A DNA stretch of 64,000 bases from NCBI GenBank assembly GCA_963753345.1, contig CAVWBU010000015.1:1-64000 (forward strand). Reading direction: 5' to 3'. The notes beneath the pieces are model-generated. The model was given only the letters and a program-made list of their open reading frames with translations. It made no database searches and was not told where the DNA came from. Positions within the stretch are counted from its first letter, which is position 1, and each line of letters begins with the position of its first letter. Made by a program: the position numbers and the translations under genes. Source of the DNA: an uncultured Fibrobacterota bacterium. GTDB lineage: Bacteria > Fibrobacterota > Chitinivibrionia > Chitinivibrionales > FEN-1185. Shown here in pieces: positions 18,650 to 28,400 of this stretch.

Positions 18650-18890
18650 AGCGACGCCCTGAGGCCGGAGGATTGGCCGCTCGCGTTGTTTGAGCCCGGC
18701 CTTGTTTGGTATAAACGAGTGTTCTGAAATGTACCGATCTTGATATCTTGACATTTGCTTCTGGCCGGGCGAGTTCGCGAGCGGCCCGACGACCGAGGGA
18801 TAAGGCGGAGCTGCAGGCGCGGCGCGGGGTTCCAAGGGGTGTTCGCTGCTGAACACCCCTTGGTCGGGGTCCGGGGGTGAAGCCCCCGGA
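18650..18890 (+). repeat. Multi-hairpin GC-rich palindromic element upstream of mnmA
   Basis: GGCCGCTCGCG..GCCCGGCC pairs with GGCCGGGC..CGCGAGCGGCC. Perfect-stem hairpins at 18832-18863 and 18871-18889. Confidence 0.65.
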
Positions 18891-18930
18891 ACTAATAGAC
18901 AATTTTTGGATTCCGACTGAAAAGGAATGT

Positions 18931-19980
18931 ATGGAAAGGGTTTGTATTGCTATGAGCGGCGGCGTCGACTCGTCGGTAGCGGCCGCGCTTCTCAAGCAGC
19001 AGGGCTACGACGTCTGCGGCGTCACCATGAAGCTGGTCGACAGCGTCCGGCAGGACGGCGGGTCGCCCCGTTCCTGCTGCGGATACGACGCCGGCCGCGA
19101 CGCAAAACTCGTGGCCGACGCCATCGGCATTCCCCATTACACCATCAACGCGGTGGAGGTGTTCCGCGAAACCGTGATGGCCGATTTCGCCGCCGAATAC
19201 CGGCGGGGCAGGACCCCGAATCCGTGTGTACGGTGCAATCAGTTTGTCAAGTTCGATTTCCTAATGAAAAAAGCCGACGAGCTCGGCTGCCGTTTCCTGG
19301 CAACGGGACACTATGCCATTGTCAGGGAGGGAAAACTTTACCGGGGAAAAGATACCGGCAAGGACCAGAGCTATTTTCTGTATCCGATCTATGGCGCGGA
19401 CGTCAACCGTATCCTTTTTCCGGTCGGTGAAAAGACAAAGGAGAATGTCCGGAGCATCGCGGCGGGCCTCGGACTCATCACCGCGCAAAAGCCGGAAAGT
19501 CAGGACATCTGCTTTGTCGAAGACGGCAATTACGCCGGATTCCTCGGCAAGGAATTGCCGTCGGCAAGCGGGCCGATTATTGACAAGACGGGAAAACTGC
19601 TCGGCCGCCACGGCGGCCTCCACCGGTATACCATCGGCCAGAGAAAAGGCCTTGGCGCGCTCGGGGCAAAAATGTTTGTTCGTGAGATACGCATCGCGGA
19701 GAACACGGTGGTGGCGGGGACCGAAGACGAGCTTATGGCAACCTCAATTGTCGCGACCGGGGCCATCGTCGCGCCCGGGTGCCGTTTCGACAACGCGGAA
19801 TACGGCGTTCAGGTGAGATACCGGACCGCGCCGGTTCCGGCAGCGGTTTCCCTGTCCGACTCCAAAACCCTCCATATATCCTTGCGCGAGCCGGTGCGCG
19901 CAATTGCGCCGGGACAATCCGCGGTTGTTTACAAAGGGGACATGGTGGCGGCAGGGGGAATCATTGAGAGGGCGGGATGA
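18931..19980 (+). CDS. mnmA: tRNA 2-thiouridine(34) synthase
   Basis: AMSGGVDSS, TPNPCVRCN..KF, ATGHYA, KDQSYFL, ESQDICF, YTIGQRKGL, PGQ. Confidence 0.97.
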   Translation: MERVCIAMSGGVDSSVAAALLKQQGYDVCGVTMKLVDSVRQDGGSPRSCCGYDAGRDAKLVADAIGIPHYTINAVEVFRETVMADFAAEYRRGRTPNPCVRCNQFVKFDFLMKKADELGCRFLATGHYAIVREGKLYRGKDTGKDQSYFLYPIYGADVNRILFPVGEKTKENVRSIAAGLGLITAQKPESQDICFVEDGNYAGFLGKELPSASGPIIDKTGKLLGRHGGLHRYTIGQRKGLGALGAKMFVREIRIAENTVVAGTEDELMATSIVATGAIVAPGCRFDNAEYGVQVRYRTAPVPAAVSLSDSKTLHISLREPVRAIAPGQSAVVYKGDMVAAGGIIERAG

Positions 19981-20138
19981 AGGAATGCCGTCCCTGTCAC
20001 AAATTCTCCGGACACCTACCCTTCCTTTGCCGTGCAGACAGCAACGAGGATGGCGGGGGAGGCTGACAAAAGGAGAACGCAAAAAAAGTCTTTCATACCT
20101 CCCGTCAATTTTCTATATTGATATCTCAAGGGGGGAAT

Positions 20139-20885
20139 ATGCCGAATCTGTTCCTCGGTCGATACCCTGCGCCGCCGATACCCATTGCGAAAACCGGCAA
20201 AGCATCCTTCGGTCGCTCCACCCACAACTTCATCGTCCTCACCGAGCCGCGCGTAAGCCGTTTTCATGCGCAGATTGAATGGCAGAAGAGCAACAACCGA
20301 TTTGTCCTTACCGACCTCGGCAGCGCAAACGGGACCTTTATCAACGGCAAGAAAATAAAAATGCGCGAGCCCCAGCCATTGAACGAACGGGACAAAATCC
20401 GGATCGCCTCCACGGTTTATACGGTCCGGTTTGTGGACGATCCGGACACCATCATGGACGAGTACGAAGACCTGATACTGCAGACCTCGCATGAACAAAC
20501 CGAAATCATCGGTCCCTCCAGAATAGCAAATCTTCCGCAGCAGCCGTCATTTTCCGGCGGCCTCGAGCACCTGTGCCCCATCGAGCTTTTCCAGATACTC
20601 GAGACGGGTGAAAAAACCGGCCTGCTCACCATAAAAACCAAAGCAGGCGACGGCAGCTACACGATCCTCAAGGGAAAAGTCCTCACCGCCCAATTCAAGA
20701 ACCTGCTCGGTGAAAAAGCGGTGTACGAAATCCTGAAAAGCCAGCGGGGAACGTTTGAATTTTTGCCGGAGCTGGGCGATATCACCCACCCGCAAATCGA
20801 GCTTGCTACGTCCGTGCTCATCACGGAAGGGTGCAGATTGCTGGATGAGGCGACGTCAAAAGCGCCCAAGGCTACTGCCCGGTGA
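20139..20885 (+). CDS. FHA domain + DUF4388 (PatA-N-like) protein
   Basis: FHA motifs FGRS...VSRFHAQI...DLGSANGTFING, then FSGGLEHLCPIELFQIL...KTGLL...EGCRLLDE. Confidence 0.85.
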   Translation: MPNLFLGRYPAPPIPIAKTGKASFGRSTHNFIVLTEPRVSRFHAQIEWQKSNNRFVLTDLGSANGTFINGKKIKMREPQPLNERDKIRIASTVYTVRFVDDPDTIMDEYEDLILQTSHEQTEIIGPSRIANLPQQPSFSGGLEHLCPIELFQILETGEKTGLLTIKTKAGDGSYTILKGKVLTAQFKNLLGEKAVYEILKSQRGTFEFLPELGDITHPQIELATSVLITEGCRLLDEATSKAPKATAR

Positions 20886-20969
20886 TCCGATTTGTCAGGG
20901 GGGAAATAAGCGCGGACAATCTGCTTTTGCCCGCAGGCGCGGCTTAAAAGAAGTAATAAACCTTTCCCT

Positions 20970-21929
20970 TCACTCCATTGCCTCCATTACAAACCCCAGT
21001 TGCTCCCTTAAATCTCCCGTCTCCTTCTGCCAGAACGAATCTTTACCCCAGTCGGGGAAGTTTTTCTTGAACAGAAAATCATTTGCCTGCCTGCTGCACC
21101 AGGCGAGGAAGTAGATCATCCGCATCGCGCGGAGCGTTTCTATGCAGGCGAGGCTCCGCCGGTCGAAAGCCCGGAACTTTTCGTATCCGTCAAGAAAGAG
21201 CCCGACTTCGCGGGACGACTTCGCCGCGCGGTCGGGGAGGAGCAGCCACAGGTCCTGCACGGGCGGCCCCATTGCCATGTCGTCGAAGTCGATGAGCAGC
21301 AGCCCCTGTTCGAGCCGGTCGAGGATGTTTCCCCGGTGGCAGTCGCCGTGAATGCGGATGCGCTCCACGCCGTCGAACAGGGGCGCGCCCGTTTCGATGA
21401 TCTGCATGGCCGCGTTTTTATAGCCGTCCCGGAATTTTTCCGGTAGTACGGAGCCGCACAGGTGTTCCACGTCGGAAAGCGTTGACAGGCGAGGATGAAT
21501 CGTAATGCGGCCGGGCGCGCTTCGCTTGCTCCCGCACAGGTGCATGCGCGCCACGAGCGAGCCGAGCCGTGTCCAGTCGGCGTCGGCGTTGATTTCGAAC
21601 TGCCGGCCCGCTTTCCGGGGGTACACGGCGAACAGCATGCCGCCGGCCTCGCCGATGGTCGACCCGTTTTCAAGGGTGCGGGCGGGCACCACCGGCACCT
21701 CGGCTTCGCAACAGTCAAGCACGAAGCGGTGTTCGTCCTCGATGGCGCCGCGGCTCCAGCGCCCCGGCCGGTAGAACTTGACGATAAGCTTTGTGCCGTC
21801 GGCGGCGCGGAGCTCGTATACGCGGTTGATGTAGCTCGGCAGGGCGGCGGTGAACCCGGTGAGCCTGAGGCCGCAGGCGTTTTCCACAAAGGCAAGCAGT
21901 GCGTCGGGCGTGAGCTTTTCAAACGACAT
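20970..21929 (-). CDS. srkA: Stress-response Ser/Thr kinase SrkA/RdoA (YihE)
   Basis: SYINRVY, KFYRPGRWS..AI.DEH.F, IRIHGDCHRGNIL, IDFDD, GPPVQDLWLLL. Confidence 0.92.
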   Translation of the reverse strand: MSFEKLTPDALLAFVENACGLRLTGFTAALPSYINRVYELRAADGTKLIVKFYRPGRWSRGAIEDEHRFVLDCCEAEVPVVPARTLENGSTIGEAGGMLFAVYPRKAGRQFEINADADWTRLGSLVARMHLCGSKRSAPGRITIHPRLSTLSDVEHLCGSVLPEKFRDGYKNAAMQIIETGAPLFDGVERIRIHGDCHRGNILDRLEQGLLLIDFDDMAMGPPVQDLWLLLPDRAAKSSREVGLFLDGYEKFRAFDRRSLACIETLRAMRMIYFLAWCSRQANDFLFKKNFPDWGKDSFWQKETGDLREQLGFVMEAME

Positions 21930-22016
21930 CAATCTGCTCCTTACGATGATTGCTGCAGGACAAATCAAGTCTTCTTCTAAGATAACTCGCCTCCAAAGCG
22001 GAAACAACAATACAAC

Positions 22017-22187
22017 ATGGGCGTTCCTCCAGGCAGGGGCGCATTGCAATGCGCCCCTGCCTGGGTCGGCCCTCGCTCCGGTCTCGGCCCTTGGCCTCGG
22101 GCCGCCTCGGCCCTATGCCGCGGTGGCGGCGGGTCCGGGCGGCACCGCGTTCTAACGCGGCCTCCGTTCCGGCCTAACGCGGGGCAG
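22017..22187 (+). repeat. Structured intergenic element, family I, copy 1 (candidate ncRNA or REP-like element)
   Basis: ATGGGCGTTCC...CTAACGCGnGGCAG ends, a 36-nt perfect palindrome, and the same architecture as 56736-56895. Confidence 0.7.
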
Positions 22188-22374
22188 AGGGGATTTTGCC
22201 AAATTTCTTTGATTTGCTAGAAGACAGTTCAATTTTTTGCCCGCAATTTGCAATGATTTCTTCAGGTTTTTTACGTATATTTAAGCTTGTGGTTTCTGAG
22301 CAGCCTAGGCGATAAATCGTTGTGATTCCGCCGTGAAACCACCCCATTCGCCGACCGGACAGGACTACTCGTCA

Positions 22375-23382
22375 ATGCGGTTCGCAAACTTCCGATCATA
22401 CCTGGCGTATCTGTTCGCAATTCTCATTTGTCTTCCGGTTGTCCCATGCCAACGCCCAGACCGTCTCCGATTCCGCCGGAACAGCGGCGTTGAAGGATTC
22501 GGCTGCTCTGTCCCGGCGGAGCGCCGCGCCAAACGACACGGCGGTTTCGCCTGCGCAAAAAGCCGCACCTGCTCCCGTGATGGCCGCCCAGTTTGACACG
22601 CTCGCCGGTCCTCTCCCTGAAATCATCAAGCCGAGGGGAAGGCCGTTTCTTGTCATCGGGGACATTGAAGTGCCTGGCCGGCAAGAGCGTCACCATCGGC
22701 GCCGGGGCCGTGTTCCTGTTCAAGACATTTCACCGGCATGCACGTTCTGGGCAGGCTTTCCGTGGAAGGAACGAGGGATGCCCCGGTCATCTTCACTTCG
22801 GAGAACGACCGGTCGGTCAACCGCGCCACGTCGCTGTTTCCTAACCCGTACGACTGGAACGGCATCTACCTCCATGCCGACGCGGTGGGGTCGAGTTTTG
22901 CGTATTGTAAAGTACTGTATTCGGTGTATGGCCTTGTCTCGGAAACCAAGTTCATCAAGCTCGATCCGGTGGTGCTGCAGTTCAATGGGAAATCGAACCT
23001 CGTGATGGAGGGCAAGGAACTGCAGGTGACCGACAAGCCGTACCGGTACGTATTGTCAACACGGGACGTGGCTGCCGAAGGGGTTCCGGTGAAGATCCTG
23101 AGCGACCCGCTCGCGTCGCGACGCAACGTGCTGCGGTACGGAGGCGTGGTTGTGGGAATGGCCGCCACCGTGGGCGCCGTGTATTTCGGCCTGCAATGGC
23201 ACACGGACCAGTCCACGCTCAGCAGGATGAGCACCGACGATCCGGCGGTGCTTCGCTGGTACGACTATGGCGACTGGACTTCGGCACGGTCTCGTCGCAA
23301 CAACGACATGTACTATACCGCCATCGGCGGAGTGCTCGCGCTGATCGGATACATCGGTTTCGGGTGGAGCTTTTCTTTTTGA
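22375..23382 (+). CDS. Hypothetical exported protein with a short beta-helix-like segment and hydrophobic C-terminal segments; 2-3 frameshifts between 22440 and 22740
   Basis: Continuous across frames: MRFANF...HANAQTV...GDIEVP/AGKSVTIGAGAVFLF/MHVLGRLSVEGTRDAPVIFTS...WNGI...GWSFSF. Confidence 0.6.
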
Positions 23383-23420
23383 GAAAGCGTAACCAAGGAC
23401 TGGAAGCAAGGAATTGTCAT

Positions 23421-25086
23421 ATGAAAAGGAGCTGTTTTCTTTCAGCACTGCTTCCCGCAGCGTCCCTCTTGCTGTTTGCATGCGCCAACGACTACAACCC
23501 TTTCGAGAACTACAACAACGCAAACGCGCACATTCTCACCTCGGCCACTTCCAAGGGAATCAGCAGCGGCGACACACTTTCCATTTTCTCGACCGAGACC
23601 CTTGCGGTGTACACCACGGTGCGTGAAAAAATCGATTCGTTCAAGGTGACCGCGCCGAACAACAGGTACTTCACCGACACCGTTGTGAAACCTCCCTTTT
23701 CCAAAGACAACTATTTGCTGCTGCTTTCGTTTTTCGACACGGGCTGGACTTCGGTCAATCTGACGACCTACCGTTCGAACAACACCAGTGTGGCGCTGCC
23801 CGCGCCCATTGCACTGTACGTGAAGACGCCGCTGCGGCAGAGCAACATCAGCACGGTGCTCGGGGCGCCGTGCACGCTCTGGACCGCCCCGGTGGGGGAC
23901 ATTGACGTGATTTACCAATGGGAATTCGGCAAGGACATTGTGCTCGGCATAGCGTCGAATTCGGTCCCCAACCCTTACCCGATGCTGCCGAACATAGGCA
24001 AAGCGGTGGGAAAGCTCGACACCGGGTATCTCTGGGTGACAGATTTAAAGGAACAGGTGCGTTCGCCTTTGACCTCATTCACCTATCTGTTCTACGAACC
24101 GTCGCCGCCGAAAATCAAGTGCACCAACAAAGGGCTCAGTCATGACACCATCACCACGGGCGGGGACACACTTACCCTTTTCTTTGAAGTGATCGATTCT
24201 TCGGGCCAGGGTCTGGCAAGTGTCACGCTTAAGGGGGACACCCTCCACACGAATGACAGCATAACGTTCTACAAGACGGTAACCGGAATCAAAGCCTACG
24301 AGTACCCCGCTGCAAAAGCTGAAATCGTCACAGCAACAAACAGGCTTGGACAGACGACAATCGATACGTTTTACCTTTCCTATGTACCCGGGGGCTCTCA
24401 CGGAGACCTTGTAAAATTCATACTTGTCAATCCTGCATCTGCCTTCCTTACCACGCTGCTTGACACCATTCTTTACATAGTGGATGTCGAGAATTATACC
24501 GAGGGCCAGATCACCGTGGGCACCACAATCCTAAAGCCCGGCGCATCCGACGCCTGTGGCTGTCGGAACGGACAAGGTGTTTTCGGACTCCGTCTACCAG
24601 TGCGTGTGGGTGGTGCCTCTTGGACATGAGACGGCTGCCAACGCAAGTACATTTGACACGATAACGACGTCGGCCACCATACCGTTCAGCCTGCCAGTGG
24701 AGACTACCATTGTGATTCAGCGCGCCACGCCAACGGTCGACACGCCGCAGATACTGGAGATACTGGTCAACGGCAAACTCTACGACCCGACCAAGACGTA
24801 CGATACCACGGCGGTCACCGTCTCCATTCTTGCGGTGGACAACGGCAGCGGAATCAAGGCGGTCACCATGCTTGATTCGGTGGCGGCGGTCGCCGGGGTC
24901 GTCAGCAAAGGCGTGGAGGTCCCCATGACCAACCAGGGCCGCGGGTGGTGGACAAGCTCTCCCGTTCTTTTCAACGCACGGTTGCGGCTCAATCTCGTGA
25001 TAACGGTAACGAACAACATTGCAAGAAATTCGGGGAAAGTGCTCACGCTTGTCAAGGCCGTGAGGACCGTTACCCCCGCGCAGTGA
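23421..25086 (+). CDS. Hypothetical beta-rich lipoprotein; frameshift near 24550
   Basis: Lipobox LLFAC. Thr-rich Ig-like sequence continues in ORF 24556-25086. Confidence 0.65.
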
Positions 25087-25153
25087 GGCACGGTTCTGCA
25101 CGACCTTGCAGGGCCGGTTGCCGCCAAAGTGGGGGAAGATCTCGCTTCGCAGG

Positions 25154-25190
25154 AACCAAAGAGCCGCTTTAAGGAGCGGCTTTTTGGTTT
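25154..25190 (+). terminator. Intrinsic terminator
   Basis: AACCAAAGAGCCGCT-loop-AGCGGCTTTTTGGTT. Confidence 0.75.
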
Positions 25191-25259
25191 GTTATGCGGG
25201 AACAAGGCGCTAAAGCTATGGACGCTACATTGGATTTTGTCAAGAAAGTGTTTAGCTTG

Positions 25260-25304
25260 TTTATGCGGTTAAGTATTGATTGTTTCACCACATGGTGATA
25301 TAAT
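25260..25304 (+). promoter_or_regulatory. Sigma70 promoter with conserved upstream box (paralog 1)
   Basis: TTTATGCGGTTAAG, then TTGATT (25276), 17-nt spacer ending TGA, and TATAAT (25299). Confidence 0.7.
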
Positions 25305-25435
25305 ATTACTTGACCGAAACCGCATTGGTGATAGTACAATGGCACTTTGCGGCCGGCCATGTGGCGGCGTAGCGTTTCGCCGGTAAAGGGTCATGCCTTG
25401 CCCGGCATGAAATGATGCAGTGCACAATGAGGGGG

Positions 25436-28400
25436 ATGCAAGTGAAGATGGACAGATGTAATGCGGCCGCCGTTGTTATGGGTGCGATCTTTTTCGGATG
25501 GAGCCTCTCCGCGTACGGCGCCGAGGACTACACGCAGTGGGCGCACGCGTGCAATATCACCCTCAACACCACGGCCACCGGCGCTAACATCGCCACCCAG
25601 CAAGTCGGCTTCCCCGTGCTTGTCAGATTGACAAGCACAACTCCGGCATTTTCCTTTGCCCAGGCGCAGGCCGGCGGGCAGGACATCAGGTTTTCCAAGT
25701 CCGACGGCACGCACATTCCGTATCAGATCGAGCGCTTTGATCAGACCAACCAGCTTGCCGAGATCTGGGTGAAGGCCGACGTTAACGGCAACGACAACGC
25801 GCAGTTCATTACCATGTACTGGGGCAATGGAACCGCCGTAGACAGCTCGAACGGGGCTGCCGTGTTCAACAATGGATTTGTCGGTGACTGGCACTTGAAT
25901 GAAACAGGGAACATTAACGCAAACGGATATGCCGATGCACTTGGTGCAACGCCCCTTACCGGTGTCGGAATGGTTGCCGGTGATGATACGATTGCCGTCA
26001 TAGGAAAAGGACAGAATTTCGGCAGTGCCAATGTTTCCAATCTGCCTGCTGTAACGGGCAAATATTTGTCTGGTGCTGCAGGACCGAGCGAAGCGGGCAA
26101 GAGTATAACGGCAATGATGTGGGCGCAATTGACAGGTGCTGCGAGTCAACAATACATCTTTAACCAGGGAAGCGCAGGTGGCAACCGTTGGGACTTGGGT
26201 GTCAATCCTTCTAATCCTTTCCCGTTCGAATTCGATGTCATTGACCATACCTCCGGCAATTTCGCTACGGATGTTGCCGGCATGGATGCGAATTGGCATC
26301 TCTGGGCAGTCACCTACGATACCTTGACACCTGCTAATCCCGCCATGGCGGGCGCCGTGGCCGAGGGGCCGGTTGGCACTTTTACAGACCAGACCACGGC
26401 TGCAAATAATGTTACTGCAAATGATATGACCCTTATTCGTGCTGTTCCTGCCGTCAATGATGCTTACTATTTTGGAAATGCCGCAACGTTTAAGGCGCTT
26501 GGCCTGCATTTAGGTACGACGGGAACAGGTGTTTGGACAATCACCTGGGAATATTGGAATGGCGCAGCATGGACCGCCTTAAGCGGAGTGTCGGACAGAA
26601 CAATAAATCCTGCCGGCGGGAACACCGGCGGTCTCACCCTAAGCGGTTCTGTTTCTTTTACCCAGCCTCCGGACTGGGCAACGACAACCGTGGACGGTAT
26701 CGCAGCTTATTGGATACGGGCAAGGTTGAGCGCCTTTACGAGCGTAACAATCCTGCCTATAGGTACACAGGCTGTTTGCGGACCCACGGTTACCATTTGG
26801 AAAGACGGCAATCTTGCTTCTACGAGCGCGCTTTGGACACGTCCCACCAGAAGCGGTGAAATAGATATCGCGACAAGGGCCGATCACACCCTTCTATTCA
26901 AAGGCATTGTCGACGAGCCCTCTATCGCCGTCGGCGTCCGTTCCGCCGATTGGATCAAGCTGTGCTACCAATCCCAGAAGCCCGGCGCCTCGTGGCAAAG
27001 CTTTGCTCCAAAGGGTCCGGCGGCGCCTATTATCAGCGTGCAGCCGGTGTCGCAGACAAAATACGTCGGTCAACCGGAGACGCTGTCAGTCGTTGTCACC
27101 GGAAATCCCGCTCCCACCTATCAATGGCGCAAGGGTGGAGCCAACATAACCGGCGCCACAAACGCGAGCTATATCATCGCCGCGGTCGCGCTCACCGATG
27201 CCGGAACGTACGACGTTGTGGTAACGAACAGCCAGGGGAGCGTAACGTCCACGGGCGCGACGCTGACGGTCAATCCCGCCCTTGCCGCTCCGACTATTAC
27301 CACGCAGCCGGCGTCGCAGACAAAGTATGTTGGCCAGACCGACACGTTTACCGTTGTCGCATCCGGAAATCCCGCTCCCACCTATCAATGGCGCAAGAAC
27401 GGAGCTAACATAACCGGCGCAACGGGCGCGAGCTATATCATTGCCTCTCTTGCCCTCACCGATGCCGGCACCTACGACGTTGTCGTCACCAACAGCCAGG
27501 GGAGCGTGACGTCCACGGGCGCGACGCTCACGGTCAATCCAGCCCTTACGCTGCCCACCATCACCAGACAACCGCTGTCGCAGACAAAGTACGTTAACCA
27601 GGCCGACACTTTTTCCGTTGTCGCATCCGGGAATCCCGCTCCCACCTATCAATGGCGCAAGAATGGAGCCAACATTACCGGCGCCACAAGCGCGAGCTAT
27701 ATCATCGCCGCTCTTGCCCTCACCGATGCCGGCACCTACGACGTGGTGGTCACCAACAGCCAGGGGAGCGTGACGTCCACGGGCGCAGTGCTCACGGTGC
27801 AGATGCCCATCAAGGCCTTTTTTACGGTGTCGGATTCCATTGCCAAGGCTCCTGTCGCCATCCAGTTCGATGCCAGCCAGTCCACCGGCAATTATTCCAA
27901 AATGATATGGTATTTCGGCGATGGTGCGGTTGATTCCACCAACATCAAGAATCCGCTGCACCAGTACAACACGGCAGGGCTCTATAGCGCGGAACTGGTT
28001 CTGATGAACGGCGCGGTGCGTCAGGACAGCTTTACCATCGTGATAAAGATCTTCAACGACAATCCGATTGCAATTCAGGGAAGGTATGTGCCTTCGGGGA
28101 AAGCGGAAATCACTTTTTCCAATTACGGCAGCCAGGTAATTTCCACCGGCGTTATTCCTCCGTACGCCGACAGTATGAAACTCTGGTATGAGTCGGACGT
28201 GGTCCCGACGTCGGCGACGGGCGCCACGCAATGCGCCGAGGTGAGCATCGCAACCATGCAGTCGGCGCCGGCGCCATTCAAGGACACCGTGTCGGTCACG
28301 CTTGCGGGAACAGACACGATGGCCGGGTTCATGACGCAGGTGCATTGGAACAACGGAACGACGTGGTACTGGAGCAATTTCAACGGGGGCAACGGCACGC

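Noticed and set aside
18877-18930. N-terminal extensions in the ORF track (mnmA, srkA, GT2, yoeB, acpS)
   Set aside because: Family similarity and RBS positions point to downstream starts; the extensions run through repeats or neighbouring genes.
25087-25153. c-di-GMP-I riboswitch-like sequence (GCCGGTTGCCG)
   Set aside because: Lacks the GGCAAA..GAAA..GACGCAAA core and lies before a terminator rather than in a leader.
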